Source: Bacillota bacterium | GTDB lineage: Bacteria; Bacillota; Ch66; Ch109 | DNA length: 64,000 nucleotides | Direction of reading: 5' to 3' | NCBI GenBank assembly: GCA_050952625.1 | Contig: JBMNLH010000001.1 | Span: forward strand, 1,024,001 to 1,088,000 | Part shown: in pieces, positions 45,993 to 55,662 of the stretch | Position numbering within the stretch: position 1 is the stretch's first letter | Layout: each line of letters opens with the position of its first letter | Program-made: the position numbers and the translations under genes | The notes under the pieces: model-generated | What the model saw: only the letters and a program-made list of their open reading frames with translations | The model's database searches: none | Told to the model about the DNA's origin: nothing

Positions 45993-46607
45993 ATGGAAAA
46001 GAAGCCGAAATACTCTCGGGAGTATTCTTTCTTAGCCTGGGGAGAAAAACTGGAAAAGTGGCTGGTGCGTTTTGTGATATTCGGTCTGGTAGCATTGGTA
46101 GTAACGCAAACCTTAATGACTCAGGACCCTTTCCGATTCTATTTAAGTTTCGCCGAACGCTTGGAAGCCCAAAGGATGGGTTTAGATGAGTTGCCAGAAT
46201 CCAAACAAATTCAGCCCACCCTTGTTCCGACAAATCCTGAAGACGGAGAAAATCAAATTAACTCTGGGCTGACCGAGGAGTTCAACTCAAACGACTTAAT
46301 TGGCTTGCAACCGGCTATCAGTGAGACAATCGGAACGATCACCTTGGAACTGATTAACTTTTCCTCCATGCCCAAGGCGACTGTTTTGGTTAATGGACAG
46401 GAAGTGGCAGATTTTAGAGAAAAGCGTGTCACCATTCCCGTTCGCACTGATGATATCTTAGAGATAAATGGTTCTTATTATCAGCATTCCCTTACTGTTT
46501 TGATCCTGGATGTCTCGGAAAATGTTCGCTATCCGAAAGAGAAGCAGGAGATTAAGGTCAACCAGTCTTTAGCCCGGATCGGTCAGGTGACATTGCTAAC
46601 CAATTAG
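45993..46607 (+). CDS. Hypothetical membrane-anchored protein, possibly mother-cell expressed
   Basis: N-terminal TM helix; GGAGG RBS; sigE-like ATA-N16-CATAGCTT upstream. Confidence 0.72.
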   Translation: MEKKPKYSREYSFLAWGEKLEKWLVRFVIFGLVALVVTQTLMTQDPFRFYLSFAERLEAQRMGLDELPESKQIQPTLVPTNPEDGENQINSGLTEEFNSNDLIGLQPAISETIGTITLELINFSSMPKATVLVNGQEVADFREKRVTIPVRTDDILEINGSYYQHSLTVLILDVSENVRYPKEKQEIKVNQSLARIGQVTLLTN

Positions 46608-46823
46608 TTTAATTATTAATAGCTATTAAAAGCCATTATGACCAAAAAATCATAATGGTTAATTTATTCCAGGATAAAATTTTAAAGCTTTAAGGAATTA
46701 AGATTAAGCAATCCGGATCCTTCCTTGTTTTTTGTCTGAAGGATATAATATAATAGATTAATATGTAAGATCGGATAATTTCTTACCTAGATCCCTGGTT
46801 AATTTGGGTTCGGGGGTGCGGGA

Positions 46824-47231
46824 ATGAGTAGTAAGCAAGTAGCCAATGCGGCTTTGCGCATGGCCATAACAGCCAGTCGGACCGAAGAAAGCAGTGTCAA
46901 AAGATCTCTTGGTGAAAATGGGATAAAAGCAGTTGCGGTTGATTTTGGCGGGGAATTTGTCAGTTCTGTTAGCAAAATAGTGGAAAGAGCCGTGGTTGCT
47001 GCCAAACGAGAGGGAGTAATCAAAGATACCCACCCGGATGAAGGAGCAGTAGCTGGGGCGGCGCGGGAAGCTTTATCTCAGATTATGCCTAAAGCTATTG
47101 GCCTGAATGTTGGGGGAAAGATTGGTATTGCCCGTTGTCATGATCACGTTAGTGTTGCCATCTTTTTCGGTATTGGCTTGTTGCACTTGGATGAGGTAGC
47201 TGTTGGGCTCGGACACCGAGCCGTACCATAA
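46824..47231 (+). CDS. hutP: HutP-family RNA-binding antiterminator
   Basis: ERAVVAAKREG, H.DEGAVAGA.REA, GKIGIAR and G.GHR motifs. Confidence 0.85.
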   Translation: MSSKQVANAALRMAITASRTEESSVKRSLGENGIKAVAVDFGGEFVSSVSKIVERAVVAAKREGVIKDTHPDEGAVAGAAREALSQIMPKAIGLNVGGKIGIARCHDHVSVAIFFGIGLLHLDEVAVGLGHRAVP

Positions 47232-47262
47232 CTCATTTATCAGAAAGGGGACACTGGGTAAT

Positions 47263-47631
47263 ATGTCCTTCAGGTGCAGAGCTCTGCGGGGGGCAATCAC
47301 TATTGAGGAAAACACGGCTGAAAGTATTTGCCAGGCAACCGAGGAACTGTTGTTGAAAATGGTTAGGGAAAACGATGTGGATATCGATGAAATAGCGAGC
47401 ATTATCTTTACTTTAACTCGTGATTTAGATGCGGTTTTTCCAGCCGCCGCGGCTCGGTCTTTGGGATGGAATCAAATTCCCTTGCTGTGTTGCAACGAGG
47501 TAGAAGTACCAGGAAGTCTGCCTCGCTGTATTCGGGTATTGATGCATATCAATACCCAAAAGAGTCCGGGCGAGTTAAAACATATTTACTTGCGTAATGC
47601 TATTGATCTTCGTCAAGACCTAGCTCAGTGA
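47263..47631 (+). CDS. aroH: Chorismate mutase, AroH type
   Basis: RALRGAIT, FT.T.DL...FPA.AAR and SLPRCIRVLMH motifs. Confidence 0.95.
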   Translation: MSFRCRALRGAITIEENTAESICQATEELLLKMVRENDVDIDEIASIIFTLTRDLDAVFPAAAARSLGWNQIPLLCCNEVEVPGSLPRCIRVLMHINTQKSPGELKHIYLRNAIDLRQDLAQ

Positions 47632-47741
47632 GCCATCGCGATTATATATCGCGATTATATCTAGGTAGCATTTAAAGAATAGCATCTATAGAGTTCTTTC
47701 AGGGACAATCATTCTGAAAAAATCAATAACAAGTGGTATAA

Positions 47742-48623
47742 TTGGTTAGAAAAGCAGGAGAACAAGAAGCAGCACTATTGGAGGAGTTATTGGTGAAAAC
47801 TTACCGGCTGGCTTCTAGAGAAGAACATCCAGACGATACCATAGTAAAGATAGGCGAGCGGCTGACGGTAGGCGGTCGCGAGCTGCTGGTGATTGCTGGA
47901 CCATGTGCGGTTGAGGGGCGGGAGCTTTACCTGGAAGCAGCTGAATTAGTGAAAGCTGGGGGAGCCCATATGCTCCGAGGAGGAGCTTATAAACCTCGTA
48001 CTTCCCCATATTCCTTTGCCGGGCTGGCTCAAGAAGGTTTAGAGATTTTAGGGGAGGCGAGCAGAAATACCGGGTTGCCAATTGTGACCGAGGTGATGGA
48101 TGCCCGTGAGCTGCCCCTGGTTTGTCAGTATGCCGATGTTTTGCAGGTAGGGAGTCGGAACATGCAGAACTATACCTTACTTAAAGAGGTGGGTAAAACT
48201 AACAAGCCGGTCCTGTTGAAAAGGGGTTTTGCAGCGACTATTTTGGAGTGGTTGCTGGCCGCTGAATACATCCTAGCTGCCGGCAATCCTCAAGTTATCT
48301 TATGTGAAAGAGGAATCCGCACCTTTGAAACCTATACCCGGAATACTATTGACCTAGGGGCGGTAGTAGCCGTAAAAGAATTATCTCATCTACCGGTTAT
48401 TGTTGACCCCAGCCATGGGACCGGACGAGCCAGTATGGTGGGACCAATCGCCCGGGCGGCGATCGCCGCTGGTGCCGATGGCATTGTCGTTGAGGTCCAC
48501 CAAAATCCAACGGAAGCCTTATCTGACGGATTTCAGTCTTTAACGCCGACCTGTTTTTCCCACATGATTGATGAACTGCGCTTGGTTGCCGAGGCAGTAG
48601 GTCGAGTATTGCCGGCGTATTAG
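47742..48623 (+). CDS. aroF: DAHP synthase class I-beta, short form without the N-terminal regulatory domain (true start may be about 47790)
   Basis: [33 protein letters not shown] and DPSH motifs. Confidence 0.92.
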   Translation: MVRKAGEQEAALLEELLVKTYRLASREEHPDDTIVKIGERLTVGGRELLVIAGPCAVEGRELYLEAAELVKAGGAHMLRGGAYKPRTSPYSFAGLAQEGLEILGEASRNTGLPIVTEVMDARELPLVCQYADVLQVGSRNMQNYTLLKEVGKTNKPVLLKRGFAATILEWLLAAEYILAAGNPQVILCERGIRTFETYTRNTIDLGAVVAVKELSHLPVIVDPSHGTGRASMVGPIARAAIAAGADGIVVEVHQNPTEALSDGFQSLTPTCFSHMIDELRLVAEAVGRVLPAY

Positions 48624-48675
48624 TTGGATAAAGAAAAACCTGACAATCAGAGTCGATTGTGTTAAAATAACTATT

Positions 48676-49380
48676 ATGAATAAATATAAACGTAGGTTAA
48701 ATTCAAACTGTCTGCCGGTTATTGCCATTGATGGGCCAGCCGGAGCCGGTAAAAGTACGGTTGCTCGTTTAGTTGCTGAACGATTAAATTATATTTATAT
48801 AGATACCGGGGCTTTGTATCGGGCTTTGACTTATAAGGCTCTACAAAAAGGAATTGATCTCAGGAACGAGGAAGCCCTGTCTGACCTAGCGGCTAACACC
48901 AATATTATACTATTGGCGGAAAATGGTGCGGCCCAACGGGTGTTTTGTGATGATGAAGATGTTACTTACTTGATACGGACCCCTGAGGTCTCACGGTATG
49001 TTCCGATCGTTGCCCGAGTCCCAGGAGTACGGGCTAATTTAGTTCGGATTCAAAGAGAGATGAGCCTTAATGGGGGAGCAGTATTAGATGGCCGCGATAT
49101 TGGCAGTTATGTGTTGCCTGATGCAGAGTTCAAGTTTTTTCTTACGGCCTCTAACCGTGAGAGGGCTTTGCGTCGACAACAAGAATTGGCGGCCAAAGGT
49201 TTTCAGACAGATTTAATTGAATTGGAAAAGGAGATGATCGAAAGAGATCTTTTAGATAGCCAGCGAGAGGTAGGGCCTCTTGTCCAGGTACCAGATGCGG
49301 TGGTAATTGATACTACCACGATGACCATCGAAGAGGTTGTTTGTAAAATGCTGGAGATCATTAACGGGGGAGAAAAATAA
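48676..49380 (+). CDS. cmk: Cytidylate kinase
   Basis: IAIDGPAGAGKST, DTGALYR and DGRDIG motifs. Confidence 0.96.
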   Translation: MNKYKRRLNSNCLPVIAIDGPAGAGKSTVARLVAERLNYIYIDTGALYRALTYKALQKGIDLRNEEALSDLAANTNIILLAENGAAQRVFCDDEDVTYLIRTPEVSRYVPIVARVPGVRANLVRIQREMSLNGGAVLDGRDIGSYVLPDAEFKFFLTASNRERALRRQQELAAKGFQTDLIELEKEMIERDLLDSQREVGPLVQVPDAVVIDTTTMTIEEVVCKMLEIINGGEK

Positions 49381-49982
49381 TGCTATACCCGTTTGCCCGG
49401 GGATTATTTCGAGGCATTTTTCGGGTTTTGTGGCGGTGGAAGATTAGCGGATTAGATAATTTTCCGGTAAAAGGACCAGTCGTTGTCGTTTCCAATCACG
49501 TTAGTAACTGGGACCCTATTGTAATTGGCACAGCTCTTCCTCGTCCAGTGCATTTTATGGCTAAGGAAGAGCTTTTTCGCTATCCTTTATTTGGCAATCT
49601 GCTTATTAGGTTAAATGCTTTTCCAGTTAAGCGAGGACAACCGGATCGATCGGCAATTCGACGAGCCCTGGAAATCCTTGGGACCGGAGGAGTGCTAGGC
49701 TTGTTCCCAGAGGGTTCACGCAGTAAAACCGGGGAACTGCTCAAACCACAGCCAGGAGTAGCAATGATCGCTTTGAAAGCCAAAGTACCGGTTTTGCCTG
49801 TAGCTTGTGTAGGGACCGATAAGATGGGAAAGAAAGGATCATTCTTTCGGTCTTTTGAAATTCGAATTGGTAAACCAATTGAATATATCGAATACTATGA
49901 GCAAAGGCTCAGTACGAAAAATCTCGAAATAATTAGCCAAGATATTATGGAACAGATAGCTCTGTTACTACTTAAAGAATAG
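49380..49982 (+). CDS. plsC: 1-acyl-sn-glycerol-3-phosphate acyltransferase
   Basis: NHVSNWD, FMAKEEL and FPEGSRS motifs. Confidence 0.92.
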   Translation: MLYPFARGLFRGIFRVLWRWKISGLDNFPVKGPVVVVSNHVSNWDPIVIGTALPRPVHFMAKEELFRYPLFGNLLIRLNAFPVKRGQPDRSAIRRALEILGTGGVLGLFPEGSRSKTGELLKPQPGVAMIALKAKVPVLPVACVGTDKMGKKGSFFRSFEIRIGKPIEYIEYYEQRLSTKNLEIISQDIMEQIALLLLKE

Positions 49983-50094
49983 GTCCAAAGCTGGCCCCAA
50001 GCATTGCCAAACAGCACCAATAAATGAACGACTAACCATTCGTTTTTAGTCCAACTTTCTTAGACTGAAGTAATCTTAACGAGGGGATAGTGTT

Positions 50095-52230
50095 TTGAAA
50101 GTTGTCCGTGCTAATGCGGCCGGTTTCTGTTCTGGGGTTAGAAGGGCTCTAGAGACTGCCGAAAAAGCACTGGTGGAATCGGAGCACCAACTAACCCTAG
50201 CAGGAAAACAACCTAAGGTCTATACTCTGGGCCCTATTGTCCATAATCAATCGGTTGTCGAGCACTTGGCCAAAAAGGGAATTGGGGTGGTTGAAGCGGT
50301 AGAGGAGCTTCCCCCAGATGCTGATTGTCAATTAATTATTCGTTCACACGGCGTAGGTCCTGGTATCTTGCGTAAGGCTGAGCAGCATGGTCTTCAGATA
50401 ATCGATGCCACTTGCCCTTTAGTCAGGCGGGTTCAGCAATTTGCCCAATCTCTGGCCACAGAAGGATACGTTGTCGTCATAGTTGGCGATAAATACCATC
50501 CTGAGGTGACTGGGATTTTAGACTGGACCATGGGACAAGGGATTGTGGTGGCTGATCCGGAAGAGGCTCGGGCGATACCTCAATCCTCAAGGATTGGGGT
50601 AGTCAGCCAAACGACCCAAACTGAGAGCAATTATCGTGAGGTAGTTCGAGTGCTTTTAGAAAAGGGACGTGAGGTAAGAGCTTACAATACCATCTGCCCG
50701 GCGACGCGTGAGAGACAAGAGGCTGCCAGAAACCTCGCCCAAGCAGTTCAATTAATGGTGGTAATTGGCAGTTTTTCTAGTGCTAACACCCGTAAGTTGG
50801 TCAAGGTGTGTCAGATGGCCGAGATACCAGTGTATCAGGTAGAGAATGCTTCTCAACTTGAAAAGGCCTGGTTTCAAGGGGTACACAGGGTAGGGGTTAC
50901 CGCTGGAGCTTCTACTCCAGAATGGATTATTGAGGAGGTAATGGTTAAGATGTCGGAAATTGCACAAGAAAGTTTGTTGGAAAATGAGCAAGAGAAAGAT
51001 GGTTTGACAACTATTCCAAATGAGTCTACGGGTGATATTAATCAAGAATCTGCACCAGCACCGGAACTCGGAGCTCAGATGGATGAAAGAGAAGCGTCAG
51101 AAATGATGGAGGACCAGCTTACCCGGGATATGCCCGATCTCCGTTCAGGCAACATTATTAAAGGTAAAGTGGTTCAGGTTCGGGACGACGAAGTGCTGGT
51201 AGATGTTGGGGGTAAATCGGAAGGTATTATCCCATTAAAAGAGTTATCAATCCGTAATATTACTTCGGCTCGAGAACTAGTTCAGGCCGGAGACGAAATA
51301 GAAGTTTTAGTTGTTCGAGCGGAAAATGATGAAGGGACAATGATCTTATCCAAACGACGGGCTGATCAGATGAAAGCTTGGGCTGATTTAGAGGAAGCCT
51401 TCGAAACTAAACGAGAACTGTCTGGTGAAGTTGTTCAAGTAGTGAAGGGTGGCCTGTTAGTTGATGTTGGGGCACGCGGATTTGTCCCGGCATCGTTAAT
51501 CGAACGGGGTTATGTCAGCAATTTGGAGAACTATCTGGGTAAGACGTTACGGTTGAGGGTAATTGACCTGGACCGTAATAAAAATAAAGTAGTTTTATCC
51601 CAAAAGGCAATTCTGGAAGAAGAATATGAAGCTGCTCGACAGAAACTATGGGAGACGATTGAGGCTGGGCAGCGCTGCCGTGGGATTGTTCGACGCCTAA
51701 CTAATTTTGGGGCCTTTGTCGATGTAGGCGGAGCGGATGGTCTCCTGCACATTTCGGAAATGTCATGGACTCACATTAATCATCCTTCAGAAGTAGTTCA
51801 GGAAAATGATGAAATTGAAGTATATGTTTTAGCCGTTGATAAAGACAAACAAAGGATTTCTCTAGGATTAAAGCAAATAATCCGCAGTCCCTGGGAATTA
51901 GCGGCCGATAAGTATCAAATCGGTCAAATTATTACCGGCAAGGTAGTCCGAACCGTACCCTTTGGAGCCTTTGTCCAGGTTGAGCCGGGAGTCGAAGGCT
52001 TGATCCACATCTCTCAATTAGCTCCTTATCGGGTTGGTCGAGCAGAAGACGTGGTTAATGCCGGAGATGAGATTCCCGTGAAGATTCTTGATTTTAAACC
52101 ACAGGAACAACGAATGAGTCTGAGCTTGAGCAAGGCCAGAGAGGAATTAGAAGCTGCTGAACAGCAACAAATTGTTGATGAATACAAGGCCACGGATGCT
52201 GGGGAAGATAAAGTCGCGGCTGAGTTCTAG
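50095..52230 (+). CDS. ispH: Bifunctional IspH (LytB) / ribosomal protein S1
   Basis: GFC.GV, IRSHG, DATCP, QTT, TIC.AT and TAGASTP motifs, followed by four S1 repeats. Confidence 0.95.
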   Translation: MKVVRANAAGFCSGVRRALETAEKALVESEHQLTLAGKQPKVYTLGPIVHNQSVVEHLAKKGIGVVEAVEELPPDADCQLIIRSHGVGPGILRKAEQHGLQIIDATCPLVRRVQQFAQSLATEGYVVVIVGDKYHPEVTGILDWTMGQGIVVADPEEARAIPQSSRIGVVSQTTQTESNYREVVRVLLEKGREVRAYNTICPATRERQEAARNLAQAVQLMVVIGSFSSANTRKLVKVCQMAEIPVYQVENASQLEKAWFQGVHRVGVTAGASTPEWIIEEVMVKMSEIAQESLLENEQEKDGLTTIPNESTGDINQESAPAPELGAQMDEREASEMMEDQLTRDMPDLRSGNIIKGKVVQVRDDEVLVDVGGKSEGIIPLKELSIRNITSARELVQAGDEIEVLVVRAENDEGTMILSKRRADQMKAWADLEEAFETKRELSGEVVQVVKGGLLVDVGARGFVPASLIERGYVSNLENYLGKTLRLRVIDLDRNKNKVVLSQKAILEEEYEAARQKLWETIEAGQRCRGIVRRLTNFGAFVDVGGADGLLHISEMSWTHINHPSEVVQENDEIEVYVLAVDKDKQRISLGLKQIIRSPWELAADKYQIGQIITGKVVRTVPFGAFVQVEPGVEGLIHISQLAPYRVGRAEDVVNAGDEIPVKILDFKPQEQRMSLSLSKAREELEAAEQQQIVDEYKATDAGEDKVAAEF

Positions 52231-52290
52231 TTTTCAAAATTAAACTAGGGTTATAACTGGACAGTTTATATAGGTAAGGGGGGCAAATCA

Positions 52291-52521
52291 ATGGCTTATT
52301 ATGACTTTCAATGTCTAAGTTGCGGTAATCAATTCGAAATAAAGACATCCCCTCACGACCTGGATAAGGTTCAGTGCCCCGGGTGTGAGGGAAAACAATT
52401 AAAACGAATCTATAAACACTTCGGGTTGTTTGTTAAGGCTGGTAAATACGGTGGTTCAACGGGCCCTCGAGGTGGGCCTGGTTCTGAACCGCCCTGTGCA
52501 GACTGTTCTACCGGTGGTTGA
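52291..52521 (+). CDS. FmdB-family zinc-ribbon protein (possible Sec read-through to 52530)
   Basis: Y.F.C..CG..FE...CP.C, with a C-terminal C..C..GG-TGA. Confidence 0.85.
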   Translation: MAYYDFQCLSCGNQFEIKTSPHDLDKVQCPGCEGKQLKRIYKHFGLFVKAGKYGGSTGPRGGPGSEPPCADCSTGG

Positions 52522-52635
52522 GGCCTCTAAATGCGGTGTTGGTCTCTCTATGAGTAATGCACGACGGATCTGCACTAACCCAGCAAAGGATCAACTATCG
52601 CAATTCCGGTCGGGGGCTGGAAAGCAATGAATCAG

Positions 52636-52680
52636 AGGAAAACCGGTAGCATTTGAGAGGCTATTGGTTTTCCTTTTTAT
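52636..52680 (+). terminator. Strong intrinsic terminator upstream of mobA
   Basis: AGGAAAACCGGTAGC...GCTATTGGTTTTCCT followed by TTTTAT. Confidence 0.75.
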
Positions 52681-52817
52681 TTGAACTCCTATTTGTTATG
52701 ATATTTTATAGTTTACATATTTGTGTATTCTTAGGGTTTGTGAAAGATATTTCAGGAACCGCTTGGCAAAAGAGACCTTTACTTTTGACATAGCAGATAT
52801 GGGTTGGAGGAGATTTT

Positions 52818-53408
52818 TTGGCAAAACTTAAAGCGGGCGGAATTATCTTAGCTGGTGGAAAGAGTAGTCGAATGAAAAAAAATAAGGCCTTTCTAGAAGT
52901 GGGTCAATTACGAATCATCGAACGTATCCTAATTGAGCTTAAAGAGGCAGGATTAGACCCATTAATTGTCACCAATTCCCCGGAAGAGTACACGCATCTG
53001 GGAGTTCAAGTGATCGTTGATCTGATTCCCAGGCAAGGTCCGCTAAGTGGGGTGCATGCTGGTCTGGTTACCTCGAACTACAACTATAATCTAGTGGTGG
53101 CTTGTGATATGCCCTTTATTCACCGGGTTTTAGCGGAGCATTTATTAGCCAAAGCTCCTGGTTTTGATGCCGTGGTGCCTCAAATCGACGGTCTTGCTCA
53201 GCCCCTTTTTGCCGTTTACTCGAAGAATTGCATACAGCCGATCGAACGCTGTCTAAACTCGAACATCCGTAAGATGACGGCCTTTTACCAAGACATTAAC
53301 ATTTTGATGATTAACGAAGAGATTGTGCGTAGCCTGGTTGACCCTGAAAAGGTCTTTTATAACGTGAATACCCCGGAAGATTGGCAGGGGGCAGAACGAC
53401 TGATTTAA
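52818..53408 (+). CDS. mobA: Molybdenum cofactor guanylyltransferase
   Basis: ILAGGKSSRM..NKA, GPLSG, ACDMP and NVNTPED motifs. Confidence 0.93.
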   Translation: MAKLKAGGIILAGGKSSRMKKNKAFLEVGQLRIIERILIELKEAGLDPLIVTNSPEEYTHLGVQVIVDLIPRQGPLSGVHAGLVTSNYNYNLVVACDMPFIHRVLAEHLLAKAPGFDAVVPQIDGLAQPLFAVYSKNCIQPIERCLNSNIRKMTAFYQDINILMINEEIVRSLVDPEKVFYNVNTPEDWQGAERLI

Positions 53409-53430
53409 TATATAGGAGTGGCCAGTATTT

Positions 53431-54498
53431 ATGCATGATGAAAATAGTTTCCGGCGTAACCGGAAAATTGAGCATATTCGGTGCTTTTTAGCCCTAGAAG
53501 ATGGCCCATTTGCCAGCGGTCTTGAAGATCTTAATCTAATTCATCAAGCCCTACCCGAACTTAATTTCGAGGAAATTGACCTGTCGGTAGAATTCATGGG
53601 GAAAAGGCTGGATGCCCCGATTATCATCAACGCTATAACCGGGGGTAATCAAGAAGTGCTTTTCATCAATCGTGCCTTGGCTCAGGTAGCGCGAGAATTT
53701 AACCTTGCTATGGCGGTTGGTTCCCAAACGGCAGCTCTGGAAAACCCAGCAGTCCGAGAGACTTATCAAGTAGCCCGCCAGGAGAACCCGGCCGGGGTTC
53801 TCCTGGCCAATATCGGGGCTTTGATTGCTCCAGAACAGGCACTACGGGCCGTAGAGATGATTCAGGCCGATGCCTTGCAGGTTCATTTGAATGTTCCACA
53901 GGAGTTAGCCATGGACGAAGGTGACCGCACGTTTGCCGGAGTGCTGGCCAATCTCAGCCGGATCGTTGAGGCCTGCCCGGTACCGGTTATGGTTAAGGAA
54001 GTGGGGTTTGGCCTTTCCCGGGAAACGGTCACTCGTTTAGCGAAAATCGGTGTCCAATGGGTGGATATTGGGGGGCTAGGAGGAACCAACTTTATTGCCA
54101 TTGAAAACCAGCGAGGAGAGTCCTTGGTTAGCGACAGTCTTGAAACCTGGGGAATACCCACAGCGATTAGCCTTTTAGAAACCCTAGCGCAAAACCATTC
54201 TTTTAGAGTAGTTGCCACTGGAGGAATCCGCAGTGCTTTAGATGTGGCTAAAGTACTGGCGGTTGGGGCTGACCTGGCCGGCATGGCTGGTCCGATCTTG
54301 CGTTTATTAATCCAAGAATCACCGGCCGCCCTCCGGATGGCTTTGACTAAAATGCTTTATGAACTAAGATGTATCTTTCTGATGACCGGAGCCAAGAATC
54401 TTCAAGACCTGCAGCGCAAACCAGTGGTGATTACCGGAAAAACAAGAGAGTGGTTAGCGCAGCGGGGAATAGAAACAGCCCATTATGCACAACGCTAG
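53431..54498 (+). CDS. fni: Type 2 isopentenyl-diphosphate isomerase
   Basis: RK.EHI, NAITGG, AVGSQ, HLN.PQE, KEVGFG, GGTNF and WGIPT motifs. Confidence 0.95.
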   Translation: MHDENSFRRNRKIEHIRCFLALEDGPFASGLEDLNLIHQALPELNFEEIDLSVEFMGKRLDAPIIINAITGGNQEVLFINRALAQVAREFNLAMAVGSQTAALENPAVRETYQVARQENPAGVLLANIGALIAPEQALRAVEMIQADALQVHLNVPQELAMDEGDRTFAGVLANLSRIVEACPVPVMVKEVGFGLSRETVTRLAKIGVQWVDIGGLGGTNFIAIENQRGESLVSDSLETWGIPTAISLLETLAQNHSFRVVATGGIRSALDVAKVLAVGADLAGMAGPILRLLIQESPAALRMALTKMLYELRCIFLMTGAKNLQDLQRKPVVITGKTREWLAQRGIETAHYAQR

Positions 54499-54610
54499 TC
54501 ACCGATCTAATTAATTGCTTAGCCGCGACCAGGGTTTTGCAAATATCCATTATTTTATGAAGGTTTTACGATGAAGAGTATCAAAAATAAGAATAGTTAA
54601 CAATAAGTGA

Positions 54611-54637
54611 CGGTCAGAAAATATCTGGCCGTTTTTC
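54611..54637 (+). terminator. Terminator after fni
   Basis: CGGTCAGA-AAATA-TCTGGCCG followed by TTTTT. Confidence 0.65.
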
Positions 54638-54702
54638 TTATCTTTTTCATTAGAATTGAGAAACTATCATAAAGAGATTTTCCTAGAAAGGCGGGTCAAG
54701 CC

Positions 54703-55587
54703 CTGAGAAATATCTGGAAAGGTTCCATCAGTTTTGGGTTAGTCAACATCCCTATAAAGGTCTATCCGGCGACTGAAGACCGAGATATACATTTTAACCT
54801 TCTCCATTCTGTCTGTCAGACCCCCATAAAATACCAACGGCGTTGCCCTAGTTGTGAGCGAGAGGTCAGCCAGGGAGAAATTGTACGGGGTTTTGAGTAT
54901 GAAAAGGGACGTTATGTCATCATCTCGGATGAAGATATGGAGGAAATGTCGGCTCAAAAGGGTCGAACCATAGATATTCTTGATTTTGTGGACCTGAAGG
55001 AGATTGACCCCATCTATTTTGCAAAATCCTATTTTCTAGCTCCGGCTGAGGGAGGGATGAAGGCTTACGCCTTATTGCACCAGGCGATGGCGGAATCAGG
55101 GCAAATTGCTATTGCCCGGGTTGTCCTGCGGGCAAAAGAATCCCTGGCAGCGATCCGGATTTACCAAAAGGCCTTGATGATGGAAACCATGTATTACCCG
55201 GAGGAAATCCGTTCCGTCGAGCTGCTCACCGAATTGCAGCAAGATTTTACGGTTCAGGAAAAAGAAGTCGCCATGGCCCAATCGTTGATTGCTAGTTTGA
55301 CTATTCCTTTCAACCCCCAGAAATACCAAAGCGAATACCGTCAGGCGGTCCGACAAATGATTGAAGCCAAGGTTCAGGGGGAAGAGGTGATCATTCCAAC
55401 TAAACCGCAGCCTGGCAAGGTGGTCGACCTGATGGAAGCCCTGCGGGCCAGCATTCGGCTGGCTGAAGAAAAGCAGGGCAAAGAACCGTTAAATAAAGAT
55501 AACCAAGAAGAGCCAACCAAAACCACGAAGGAAACGAAACCTCGTACCCGGAAACGGAAGAAAGGAGCAGAACTGGCAGCCAAGTAA
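54703..55587 (+). CDS. ku: NHEJ DNA-end-binding protein Ku, 294 aa, CTG start
   Basis: In-frame extension of ORF 54937 gives (M)RNIWKGSISFGLVNIPIK, the canonical Ku N-terminus; VVDLMEALRAS motif and a basic tail. Confidence 0.92.
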   Translation: MRNIWKGSISFGLVNIPIKVYPATEDRDIHFNLLHSVCQTPIKYQRRCPSCEREVSQGEIVRGFEYEKGRYVIISDEDMEEMSAQKGRTIDILDFVDLKEIDPIYFAKSYFLAPAEGGMKAYALLHQAMAESGQIAIARVVLRAKESLAAIRIYQKALMMETMYYPEEIRSVELLTELQQDFTVQEKEVAMAQSLIASLTIPFNPQKYQSEYRQAVRQMIEAKVQGEEVIIPTKPQPGKVVDLMEALRASIRLAEEKQGKEPLNKDNQEEPTKTTKETKPRTRKRKKGAELAAK

Positions 55588-55662
55588 AACCTTCTTTATC
55601 TCGATTTTTCTTAGCTATTTGGATAATCGCCTGTCATGGCGAAGAATGATTGAGGTGATGCG

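Noticed and set aside
52732-52776. Moco RNA motif upstream of mobA (AGGGTTTGTGAAA...TTTCAGGAACC...TGGCAAAAGAG)
   Set aside because: Resembles only the 3' half; lacks the GNRA loop, CCUCCC and the 5' helices; needs cmscan
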